The translations under genes were made by a program, and so were the position numbers. Positions 48,038 through 59,200 of a DNA stretch of 64,000 nucleotides are shown here, piece after piece; positions within the stretch are counted from its first letter, which is position 1; the number at the start of each line of letters is the position of its first letter. Source of the stretch: Macrostomum lignano (taxonomy: Eukaryota). The notes below the pieces were generated by a model, which did no database searches, had not been told where the DNA came from, and was given only the letters and a program-made list of their open reading frames with translations. The stretch covers positions 164,990 through 228,989 of the forward strand of contig NIVC01001860.1 of assembly GCA_002269645.1 (NCBI GenBank). The letters are read 5' to 3'.

Positions 48038-49193
48038 ATGAATTGTCCATCCAACAGAACAAAGAGCTCAGTCGCAGCCAACGCCACAGGCAGTGTCGGC
48101 ACAAAGCCCCAGGAAGCGGAGCCGGCCTCGCTGCCCCGACCCAAAAGTCGCACCAGCAGCGTCAGCTCCGGAAGCAGCTGCTCGCACAGCTGTGGCCAAA
48201 GCACCAGCTGCTCCGTGCCCGAGTCCGAGGCCCGATGGTCGGAGTTGCCAGCCCTGAAGCCGCTGGTGAACCCTCAGCGACTCCGAGCCCTGCGCCTCAG
48301 CAGTCGAGACGACGCGAGACACGGCGAGACGGTCTGGCAGCCGAGCCAGCGCAGCTGGAAGGAGGCAGTAGGTGGCGGCGACGCCACTGTCGCGGTGGAG
48401 CCTTCGAGTCCGCTGCACGAAATGGCTGGGCAGACCAGCGGACCGCAGGACCCGGATGTGCGCACAAGGATGGACGGTACTTGCAACTGGTTCAAATAGT
48501 TTTGGGTGAACCAATTGAGGTTTTTGTACGCCTTAATTAACCCTAATCTTGTCCTCACTATCCTGGGTATGAATGTCAGCAGCGCAAAGCCAAGTTCCGC
48601 GTGCTCAGGCCAATGCCGGATTCGCAACTCTTCTCTGCATTGCAGCCTCCTCCTGCCGCATCGCCCCGTCTCCAACAGAGCGCAACCAGTGCAACAGCCG
48701 GCGACGCTGCCTCAGCGCCGACGAATTCGGCGATGTAGCGGACGGTGACACCGACAGATCGACCTTGGCGTCGATGGCGCTTTACGACGAAGGCGCCGCC
48801 ACCCTGGCGGCCTCGGCCAGCACGCCGCTGCAGCCGATCTACCAGTACAGCTTCCGGGTGCCGGAGACCCGCGCCAACATGCGCGCCTTCTGCCACGCCT
48901 CCGACCGTCGCGTCGAGGCCATCGCCCGCGCCTGCGACTCGGAGATCCTGCTGGACCCGCAGCCAATCCGCACGGCCGCCACCTCCATCGCCCTCCGCCG
49001 GATCACCGTCAGGGCGCCGGACCTGCACAGCCTGGAGAAATGCTGCCGGATGTTCGACGACAAGTTTCCCCAGTTCTACGCCAGCTCGGGCCTCGGCCCG
49101 GACGGCCGCGGAGTCAGCAAGGTCTTCGACGACGACAGCGAGCGGCAGATTTCGGCCTCCAGCGACGAAATGACCTTCGGCAGCTTCTCTTAG
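48038..49193 (+). CDS. Orphan 2-exon gene (~329 aa; 48038-48476, 48646-49193) with a compact C-terminal domain, possibly KH-like
   Basis: Acceptor tttccgcag 11 nt before the ATG. Phase-1 GT-AG intron. Domain YQYSFRVP...RRVEAIARACDSEILLD...RRITVRAPDLHSLEKCCRMFDDKFP has an alpha/beta pattern. Confidence 0.75.
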
Positions 49194-49544
49194 CACTCGC
49201 TGGAGCCTTCGGCAGCATGGAGTGTGAGAGCCGCCTGCCTTGTGGCAAACCTTAATGACTGAGATTATTTTCCCTGTGGGTTCAGATCGTCTTCCTACCT
49301 ACGCCTAGCCTACGAGTATATGTATTTTAGTTCTGGCATTGTTTGCAACACGCGTACTGAACTTCTGTAAAATTGGATGCATAAAGTACGATAAATAACC
49401 ATTTTTCAACTGTGTGAATGCCTCCCAATTTTAAAGGATGAATACTATTCAGATAAAAAACTTCAAATTCACCGTCATCGAGAACACAACTCGATATTGA
49501 CGGTTTTTTTTGAATACTTTTTTTATTTCACCTCCCCCTAAAAT

Positions 49545-49742
49545 GGGCTGATGAGCAACCGACAGCTCAGCTGCAACTATCGCCACGCACACCCTCAACT
49601 ACCCCAGCTAATGCTGGCACCCATTTTACAGCTGGGTGAACTGAAGCAATGCAGAGTTAAGTGGTCTTGCTCAAGGACGCAAATTTTTCTGAGTGGGTCG
49701 AGAATCGAACCCTTGACGCAGTAACTAATAGGCTACCACCCC
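49545..49742 (-). mobile_element. tRNA-headed SINE, copy 3 (internally deleted)
   Basis: Reverse complement of the core (cccattttacagctgggtgaactgaagcaatgcagagttaagtggtcttgctcaagga) and of the B-box (gaatcgaacc). Confidence 0.8.
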
Positions 49743-50600
49743 GCGTGTCATAAATGTCTTTAACAAGATTTCCGTCATTGCGGAGAGGTCCCAGAAAACC
49801 GTGGCCCACTGGGCCAGCGGACATGAAATTACATCCAAACATTCGAAGTCGTACGTGTAAGCAACAAGAAATGCCGAATGTGATTAACACAGGTATTGCT
49901 TTGTTAGCACTTCAGTGAACCTGCTACCATGAGCAAAAAAACAACCATTACTCATTAGAGCAGTTGTTTAAAAAGTTATATTTTTCATAAAGATAACAGT
50001 AATACTAACCAAATACAATGTCCAACTTGTCAAGCAGCAGTTTGCACTGACATTCCTCCCCCTGCGACTTGTTCTCGGAACATCCAGAGACGCCAAAAAA
50101 TGATTTGAACTCTTCCGACTGCTGATGTTGAATTTCGAACTCCGCGAGCGGCTTAAGCCTTTTCTGCTCTATTTAGATTTGTTGGAAAAAATCGGATTGG
50201 GAAATCTTGAGTATTCTGGCACAAATTAGCTATTGGTTGGCCTGATGGCGCTAGCAGCTCTGGGATCAGTCAGTGTGTATTGCAATAAAATCAGCCACCT
50301 TGTCACTTTGGCGCATTAAGTCAATAATTATTGATTTTTCGGAATAGGTTAAATAATCTTGCGTTTCCTCTCCCCGGGGAGGGGGGTACACCCACGGCCA
50401 ATCGAAATTTCTGCTTCCAAAGCCAGCAGGACAAAATTCAAAAAGTTTAGTACAAAAATGAATTACTTTTACAAGCGACACAAATGCTGAACAGCACTTT
50501 CCCAGTGCATTTCGTGGGTCTCCAGATCGGGATCAACTCGTGGACCAAAATTGTGACCAGATCAGGATCAAATCGGGATCAGGATGGGACCAGTTTGGGA

Positions 50601-51038
50601 TCAGTCTGGGTATTGATGAGTCACTTCGCAGTTGGAATCAGTTGGTTGCGCAGGGAGTTGAGCTGGAACAGCAGCTGTGCCACTCGCCTGGCAGCAGGCG
50701 GCAGTGGCTGTGGCGGGTGCGCGCAGGCCCTCGTCAATCCTAGCAACCGTGGCGGACTCCGCCATGGACACCACGTTTGGCAGCTGCTGCTGAGCTTTGG
50801 GCGGTCTTTCCTCGTCAGCCGCGCTCTGGTTGACGACGTCTTCGATTGACATTCGAGTTGGAAACTGCTTGAGGCGCTGGCGCTTCCGACTGCTCTCTTG
50901 CCTACTCGAATTCGGCGATTCTTCCTGATTGGACGCGAGGCTCTGCCGGAGGACGCCGATGGCCAGCGCCGCCGTCAACGCGAGCGTCACCAGGAAGGCC
51001 GTGGCAACAACAACAAGAGCAATTTCTGTGGAATTCAT
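50601..51038 (-). CDS. Small single-pass membrane protein, unknown function
   Basis: N-terminal hydrophobic helix IALVVVATAFLVTLALTAALAIGVL followed by basic residues. Acceptor cgccag abuts the ATG. The 3' end may be spliced. Confidence 0.55.
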   Translation of the reverse strand: MNSTEIALVVVATAFLVTLALTAALAIGVLRQSLASNQEESPNSSRQESSRKRQRLKQFPTRMSIEDVVNQSAADEERPPKAQQQLPNVVSMAESATVARIDEGLRAPATATAACCQASGTAAVPAQLPAQPTDSNCEVTHQYPD

Positions 51039-52854
51039 CTGGCGGGCAGCAGTTGACTTTGTTGAGGTTTGAAGTTCTACTGAGCTTGAGTTCGGTTCAG
51101 CGGATCACCGGGCTACCGAGCTGCATGCTATCGCATTAGCAAAAATAAATGTTGTACAAACAAGAAATTGCGTTCATCAAGTCGTCACTGCATCGTAAAT
51201 TTTGACTGAAAGATTGTTCGAGAGAGCTCATAGTCTATGGCCAGAGGAGGGAACGGTTGCTTAGCTTAAAGATTGCTACAATACGGTTGGTCAAGAATTG
51301 TTTCAGTATAAATTCTCCTCCTTTTGCCAGTGTGGCTTCGCCTCGGCCTGAGAAATGCATCCTCGGACTTACTTTTCCATAGACATATTTGGAAAAAGGA
51401 GAAAATATTTAACCTACTGAAAGCAAAAGACGTATCAATATCCAGTACAGTTAGTCTATGGCACAAGGCTAAAGTGTTATGAATAATCTATCTAGATGGT
51501 GCAGTCCATCCATACGCATACATAATAGAAACATTTTACCATGGAAGACGACTTAGATCTAGTGTTAAGATATTTTGAAAGTAAAGAATCCGCTGCAACG
51601 AATCCTGCTGCTGGTAGTGATCGGTAGTGATTTTTGAGTGAGTGCTTACAAGACGCTTCTATTTCTTACTATGTTGAACTTCCTATTGTTGTTTTTTTCG
51701 TTTACGAGCGTACATTTTTTACATACAACTATAGCAGGACTGAGAACTATTTCTCAGGCCTCGTTTGGGGACTGAGAAATGGTTCCGAGTTAATTGAAAT
51801 GGTTCTCAGTCCTCTACAACCGATAAATTACCATAGAAAATGTTGTTCCTCGGGAAAAGGATGAGACTGGGATAGAGGCGAGAAATGCACTTTCTGTAGG
51901 TTAAATTAGCAAGCGATGTCACTGACTGCTCTCAGCTTGCAAGTTTACACACAAGGATTGTCTATGGCCAAATCGTGGGTAATCGGTGCAACAAGACTGC
52001 GCCATGGATGAATAATAGAACTGGATCGCCGAAAACCCCAATTTTTTTTGTCCTAGCCATAGACAAGCACCGGCATCACAAGAAGAAGCTCAGAATGCCG
52101 TACTTTCCCGTACGAATACGTGTAGCTTTTTAGCTTTTTACCTCAAGGCCAGATAGAGAACCAACCAAAGCGTATGATTGCGGTCCAGAAAGGGAAGAAA
52201 AGACGTGACGAGAGGAGAGATGAACTAGGAGAGAGGATCAAAGAGGAGAGACGAGATTCGAATAGGGAGCTGAGAAGACGAAATTAATTACGAGCTGCGG
52301 CGTAATTGATTTGTTCAATGGTGCCACAGCGGTCCTGACTTTCTTACGGTCGGGCATGTACACACTCCCTGTCGCTTGAGAGTTGACGTATACTAAACCT
52401 TCAATTGAAAAATAGCTTGAAAGCAAGCAATACACTTGCAACAATTATCAGTTAACCGACTCTGCTCTCGTCTTTAAACTCAAAAACGGCGGCATCTTTC
52501 AAGCGAGTTTTATTTTCCGCACCAACGGCAGGAGCCTTCGCCAAAAAATACAATGCTGAAAATAATTTGCACTATTCCGAAATTAATATTTATTAATTAG
52601 AAATACTTAAAATGGCCGTGCCAAAGAACTTGAAAAATGTACGCAGGTAACAGAGAGCACAAATGCTGCTAAAGCACTGCTGGGTGGCAATTACGTAGGG
52701 ACATAGAGCATTAGGCAAATAGTTCTGCAAATCAGAGTTGCCAACACATTTAAGATAATTAATCAATTTCTTGATTCTAAAATGTGCACAGTAAAATCAG
52801 ATTGGAACAGCAGAGACGGAATCAACAGGGCCTTAGGGGATGGCCCGGCAACTG

Positions 52855-53420
52855 AGCATCTGACAGGGGGTCAATTTGAGGATCTGACAGAGGGTCAATT
52901 TGAGGATCTGACAGGGGGTCAATCTGAGGATCTGACAGGGGGTCAATCTGACGATCTGACAGGGGGGTCAATTTGAGGATCTGACAGAGGGTCAATTTGA
53001 GGATCTGACAGAGGGTCAATTTGAGGATCTGACAGGGGGGTCAATTTGAGGATCTGACAGGGGGGTCAATTTGAGGATCTGACAGGGGGGTCAATTTGAG
53101 GATCTGACAGGGGGGTCAATTTGAGGATCTGACAGGGGGGTCAATTTGAGCATCTGACAGTGGGGTCAACTTGAGGATCTGACAGGGGGGTCAATTTGAG
53201 GATCTGACAGGGGGGTCAATTTGAGGATCTGACAGGGGGGTCAATTTGAGGATCTGACAGGGGGTCAATTTGAGGATCTGACAGGGGGTCAATTTGAGGA
53301 TCTGACAGGGGGGGTCAATCTGAGGATCTGACAGGGGGTTAATTTGAGCATCTGACAGTGGGGTCAATTTGAGGATCTGACAGGGGGGGGTCAATTTGAG
53401 AATCTGACAGGGGGTCAATC
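52855..53420. repeat. 23-25-bp minisatellite
   Basis: Unit gggggtcaatttgaggatctgaca. Confidence 0.95.
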
Positions 53421-53454
53421 ATTCAGAATCAAATGAGACGAGGACACTAGAGTC

Positions 53455-55663
53455 TCAGACAGTCCTAGCGCACTCGATGCCCTCGTCAATGCTGCCGAAT
53501 CGCCGCATTCCCCGAACGCCGATTCCACCGACGCCGCTGCTGGCGCCGGCGCCACTAATTGCTGGCGCGGCGCGTAGAAAATGGCGCCTGGCGGGCGGGT
53601 CTTGCGCCATCTTGGGCTGCCTGACTGCGTAGGCGGCCAGGCCCAACAGAATAGCGGCATAGGACACAAAGTACAGCGGGTGAAAGCTGTAGCCGAACAG
53701 GTAAACGCCGACAAACAGGGCGTACAAGTCGGCTGTGAGCAGGGACAGATTGACCAGCACTGCGCTGCCAGTTGTCATGGCAACCGGCATCAGAGAGTAC
53801 AGAGCGTACATGCACAGCGCGAAGCCTACAGCGGCGCCGATTGCAGCGGCTGGAGACGCGCCGGGCGCCAGGCGGCCAGCCAGCAGGTGGCCGAGCTCGC
53901 GCCGCTCCAGCAGCAGCAGCTGAACTCCGCCAACCAGAGCGCCAAGGATGCCGACGCAGCCGATGTACAGCAGGCGCTCGTACCGCCGGACCAGGTGCTC
54001 CTGCCAGACATTCGACAGGCCGTACAGGGCGCCACCAGCCAATACGAGGGCGTCGCCGAGCAGCGGCGCTGGCGGTGCAGAATCGCCGGCGTGCTGAGCT
54101 GCCAGAACGTCAGCCAGGGCCATGCCACCAGCGCCGAGGACGCAGGCGGCAACGCCGACGTAGTGGCAGGCCTTGAACCTGGCGCCCAGGAGGAACCACG
54201 AGCTGATGAGGGCTACCGGGATGCTGGCGCAGTCGAGCAGCTGCACGCTGGTCACGCTGGTGTAGGCGTAGGCCTGGGATGGGGGTTCGATTGTTGATGA
54301 TTGGATGATTGCGTAGGCTTGCTCAGCCGGAAGTGAAGGCAAATGTGTGGAGTGTGTGAGGCAACCGGAAGTATAATGTGAAGCAACCATAAGGGGATGT
54401 GAGGCAACCGGAAGTGGAGTGTGGGGCAACCGGAGGTGGAGTGTGGGGCAACCGGAGGTGGAGTGTGAGGCAACCGGAGGTAGAGTGCAGGGCAACCGGA
54501 GGTGGAGTGTGGGGCAACCGGAGGTGGAGTGTGGGGCAACCGGAATTGGAGTGTGGGGCAACCGGAGGTGGAGTGTGGGGCAACCGGAGGTGGTGTGGGG
54601 CAACCGGAAGTATAACGTGAAGCAACCAGAAGGGGATGTGAGGCAACCGGAAGTGGAGTGTGGGGCAACCGGAAGTGAAGACAAATGTGTGGAGTGTGTG
54701 AGGCAACCAGAAGTGGAGTGTGGGGCAACGGGAAATGGAGTGTGGGGCAACCGGAGGTGGAGTGTGGGGCAACCGGAGGTGGTGTGGGGCAACCGGAGGT
54801 AGTGTGGGGCAACCGGAAGTGGAGTGTGAGGCAACCGGAAGTGGAGTGTGGGGCAACCGGAGGTGGTGTGTGGGGCAACCGAAGGTAGAGTGTGAGGCAA
54901 CCGGAGGTGGTGTGTGGGGCAACCGGAGGTGGAGTGTGAGGCAACCGGAGGTGGAGTGTGAGGCAACCGGAGGTGGAGTGTGGGGCAACCGGAGGTGGAG
55001 TGGGGGGCAACCGGAGGTGGAGTGTGAGACAACCGGTGGTGTTAGGCATTCGAAAGTGGGGTGCTGGCAAGTAAAATCTTAGGTAACCTACGGCTAAAGT
55101 GAAACAAAGGAAACCCTTTACTTTACTTTGGAAGCGAGGCACATGTAACCGGAAGTGTGACGAGCAAGGCTCACCTTAACCACAAGAAAGTTGGCCTCAA
55201 CGTCCATCAGAGCGGCCAGCAGGTATCTCCACCAGAGGCGTCGAGCGGCGGCGCGCAGGCTGGCGGCCCGGCCGAGCCGGTAGAACGCCACGGAGCCAAA
55301 GGTAAGGCCCAGCAGCAGGTAGTTAAGAAAGCACTGAGAAGTCGGCGCGTTCACGCCGAACCGTTGCAAATAGCCGGATGTTACTGCCGTGCCGCAGATG
55401 AACAGCGACAGCAGCTGGCCGAGCGCCAGCGACACCAGCAGCCGGCGAGTTGTCGGTCGGTCGCCGCCACAGCAGCGGCTGGCCCAGTCTGGCGATGCTG
55501 CCTCATCAGCAGCTGGCTGGGCAGCAGAGTCCACAGCTGGCATTGGCGAGGCCTCCTTGCTGTTGTGCACCACTGGCGGCCCGAACGGACTGTCGAATTC
55601 GTCGACGCGCCCGACGGCGTCAGCGGCCGATGCGGTTGCCTGAAGGCGCCGTTGCCGCTGCAT
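53455..55663 (-). CDS. SLC35F2: SLC35F1/F2-family (DUF914) transporter; exons 55663-55175 and 54273-53455
   Basis: LALGQLLSLFICGT, NAPTSQCFLNYLLL, WWRYLLAALMDVEANFLVVK|AYAYTSVTSVQLLDC, LGDALVLAGGALYGLSNV.QE, VNLSLLTADLY. Phase-0 intron. F1 versus F2 orthology cannot be resolved here. Confidence 0.9.
54325..55040. repeat. 21-23-bp minisatellite filling the SLC35F intron
   Basis: Unit ggcaaccggaggtggagtgtgg. Confidence 0.95.
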
Positions 55664-55736
55664 GCATTAAAGACTTTCGGTAAGTAAACTACTGAAAGTA
55701 GGCATCTACGGTATATAGCCAATGGCGCGGTATAGC

Positions 55737-56810
55737 CCTAGGGGGAATCTCCATCACAACCCTATGGGGAATATCCATCACAACCCTATGGGGAATCTCC
55801 ATCACAACCCTATGGGGAATATCCATCACAACCCTATGGGGAATATCCATCACAACCCTATGGGGAATATCCATCACAACCCTATGGGGAATCTCCATCA
55901 CAACCCTATGGGGAATATCCATCACAACCCTATGGGGAATCTCCATCACAACCCTATGGGGAATATCCATCACAACCCTACAGGGAATCTCCTCACAACC
56001 CTACAGGGAATCTCCCTCACAACCCTACGGGGAATCTCCCTCACAACCCTACAGGGAATCTCCCTCACAACCCTATGGGGAATCTCCATCACAACCCTAG
56101 GGGGAATCTCCATCACAACCCTATGGGGAATCTCCATCACAACCCTATGGGGAATCTCCATCACAACCCTATGGGGAATCTCCATCACAACCCTAGGGGG
56201 AATCTCCATCACAACCCTATGGGGAATCTCCATCACAACCCTATGGGGAATCTCCATCACAACCCTATGGGGAATCTCCATCACAACCCTATGGGGAATC
56301 TCCCTCACAACCATACAGGGAATCTCCCTCACAACCCTACAGGGAATCTCCATCACAACCCTATGGGAATCTCCATCACAACCCTATGGGGAATCTCCAT
56401 CAGAACCCTATGGGGAATCTCCATCACAACCCTAGGGGGAATCTCCATCACAACCCTAGGGGGAATCTCCATCACAACCCTATGGGGAATCTCCATCACA
56501 ACCCTAGGGGGAATCTCCATCACAACCCTATGGGGAATCTCCCACAAAACCCTATGGAAAATTTCCCACAAAACCCTATGGGGAATCTCCCTCACAACCC
56601 TATGGGGAATCTCCCTCACAACCATACAGGGAATCTCCCTCACAACCATACAGGGAATCTCCATCACAACCCTACAGGGAATCTCCATCACAACCCTATG
56701 GGGAATCTCCCTCACAACCATACAGGGAATCTCCCTCACAACCATACAGGGAATCTCCCTCACAACCCTATGGGGAATCTGCTACAAAACTCTATAGGGA
56801 ATCTCCCAGA
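55737..56810. repeat. 24-bp minisatellite (~45 copies)
   Basis: Unit atcacaaccctatggggaatctcc. Confidence 0.97.
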
Positions 56811-57304
56811 CAACCAATACAGAATCGCCCTTTAACTAGCTCAACAAAAGTTTCTGAAGATAACAAGCCTGATCTGATACAATAATGTGATAAGAACGTG
56901 ATTAGATATATTTGTTATTAATATTGTCAAAACTGGTTCATATTTACAGCTAAACTGCCCATGCAGTTCTCCAGCATACAGAATACTAACACAGGCTAGC
57001 AAATTTCAATTTTAAGCCGCAAAAAACACAACACAGATAAATGCCATGAGAAAAGGGGGTTATTTAAGTGAATAAACTAAATCTAGTATCTATGGAGACA
57101 ACAAGTTACAAAATTTAGTCAAGTATTGTTATTATCTATAAGTTGTAAATATTTTACAGAAGTTTTAACACAAAACGAGATTAGTAAGCTTTAATTTGAT
57201 CAACAAGAACTCCGTAGGGAAGAGTTGAATGAAGAGATATTATTAATTCAGTGTCGCTGCTTCCGTGACTTTCTAATAATAAATCCAGTGATTGTATACC
57301 CAAA

Positions 57305-57476
57305 CCAGTGACTTTCTACCCGACTCAGTGACTTTCTACCCGACTCAGTGACTTTCTACCCGACTCAGTGACTTTCTACCCGACTCAGTGACTTTCTACC
57401 CGACTCAGTGACTTTCTACCGGACTCAGTGACTTTCTACCCGACTCAGTGACTTTCTAACCGACTCAGTGACTTTC
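57305..57476. repeat. 20-bp minisatellite (~8 copies)
   Basis: Unit cagtgactttctacccgact. Confidence 0.95.
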
Positions 57477-57619
57477 TCTCTCTACATCACAGACTAGATA
57501 AACTCTTCAGTGACTTTCCAGCCACGCAAGAGACCGGCTACCCTCTTCAGTGACTAACCAGACCTCGGACAGATTGTCTGAGCGCACAGAGTGCCAAAGC
57601 TAGTTTGTTGAGCAGCCAA

Positions 57620-58444
57620 TCAGAATCGAACACCCTCCAGCCGCAGCAGCAGGCTGTCTACTTCTTCAGCCTCAGCGTCGGCCGGTTCAGTCGACGAAGC
57701 TGCCGGCGCGGCAGTTGGGGTTTCTGGGGCCGACGCAGAAGCCACTCGCCGTGGAGGCGTCGGCGGCGACTGTCGCTCCTGGATTGTCAGGCAGGTGCGC
57801 AGCAGCGACCGGGCGTCCCTGTAGGCCTGCAGCAGCGAGGCGGTGTCTCCGGACAGGGTGAAAGCTCGCTTAGCCCGGGCCAGGCCGTCCCTGGCCAGAG
57901 CCACGGGACTGCGGCCCAGGTCCGCTTGGGTGGCGCCGGCGGCCAGGTAGCGGCCGACGAGGTCCAGCCGGCCTGTGACGGCCGCCAGCCTGGCTGGCGT
58001 GTTGCCAACGCAGTCCACTCGGCTGGGATCGGCACCGCAGGCGAGCAGACAGTCCACTAACTCACTGTCGCCCCTAGCCGAGGCGATGTGCAACGGTGTT
58101 CGACCTTTTTTATCCGCAACATTCGGCGGCGCCCCGGCTTCGAGTAGGCGCCGAACACGCGCCGTTGAGTGGCGCCGATTGACGGCCTCGATGAGCTCCT
58201 GGCCCAGGCGGGCGCGGAACCGGGCGCGCCTCGGGCCGATCCGGGCGCCGCCTCTGTCCGCCGCTGACGACGGTGCCGACGCCGCCTTGCCAAGCAGGTG
58301 GCGCTGCTGGAAGACGCCGAAACCGCGCCGGAACTCGTCCGGCACAGTTAGCGCCAATGGCGGCGCCTGCGGCAACAGCGGCGGAGGCGGCGGCGTGACC
58401 GGAGGCGATTCGCCAAGGACGCTGGCGCTGGTGGCAGCGGCCAT
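57620..58444 (-). CDS. ANKRD54: Ankyrin-repeat protein, ANKRD54-like, single exon
   Basis: Ankyrin repeats VRRLLEAGAPPNVADKKGRTPLHIA and LLACGADPSRVDCVGNTPARLAA. C-terminal EVDSLLLRL resembles the ANKRD54 end as recalled. Likely ATG at 58444. Confidence 0.7.
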   Translation of the reverse strand: MAAATSASVLGESPPVTPPPPPLLPQAPPLALTVPDEFRRGFGVFQQRHLLGKAASAPSSAADRGGARIGPRRARFRARLGQELIEAVNRRHSTARVRRLLEAGAPPNVADKKGRTPLHIASARGDSELVDCLLACGADPSRVDCVGNTPARLAAVTGRLDLVGRYLAAGATQADLGRSPVALARDGLARAKRAFTLSGDTASLLQAYRDARSLLRTCLTIQERQSPPTPPRRVASASAPETPTAAPAASSTEPADAEAEEVDSLLLRLEGVRF

Positions 58445-58581
58445 CACTGCCGAGGGTGAAGCTGTGTGGGCTGGAGAGCGAAATACCATCAATTTTTTTA
58501 AAACAAAGCGATCGGTCAGACGAATGGGCGAAGTTCACTGACACTTGCAATTATTTTAAACAGACCTATGGTCACATACAC

Positions 58582-58737
58582 GCGCAACCTTCGGAATCAC
58601 CAGGCCGTTTCTATTGGCAACACACTCATGTAAGTCGCTATTGGCTGAGAGCAGTCACGTGACTACTATTCTGTCCAATAGCGACTTACATGTGTGTGTT
58701 GCCAATAGAAACAGTGGGGTGATTCCCTAGGTTGCGC
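58582..58737. repeat. 156-bp imperfect palindrome centred on AGTCACGTGACT
   Basis: Arms gtttctattggcaacacac.catgtaagtcgctattgg / ccaatagcgacttacatg.gtgtgttgccaatagaaac plus outer gcgcaacc/ggttgcgc. Confidence 0.9.
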
Positions 58738-58804
58738 CCAAGTATGCCTATGGAGTGGCGTGGAAGTCAGCAAAGAAAGAGCAGGACAGTGGTGACATGG
58801 AATG

Positions 58805-59200
58805 GTGAAGAAGTTTAAATATCTGGGGGCAACCATCATGGTAAAGAAAGGTGGAGGAAGAGATCAGAATCCAAATTGGTATTGCAACCAGCTCAACAAT
58901 AAGGCTTGATGAACCTTGGTGGCTCAAAGGAGTCAGTTTGAAGAATCGCCTCAAGATCTCAAATTCGGTCCCATGGGCAACATTGCTCTACATGTATGGG
59001 TGCAAGAGCTGGACTATAGAGAAGAAAATTATGGACACTCAAAGCATTTGAAACTGTTACAAAAGAATGCTAAGGATTTCATGGAAAGAGAAAAAGACAA
59101 ATGCTTGAATTTTGAGAAAAAAGATAAGGAGGTAATTGGAAAGGAACTAGAATCTATAGAGATGATCAAGTGAAGAAAGCTCAAATATTATATCAATTGA
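58805..59200 (+). mobile_element. Degenerate RTE-like LINE remnant
   Basis: Frameshifted FKYLG, EEEIRIQIGIA, ATLLY..GCKSWT and CYKRMLRISWKEKKTN. Confidence 0.7.
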
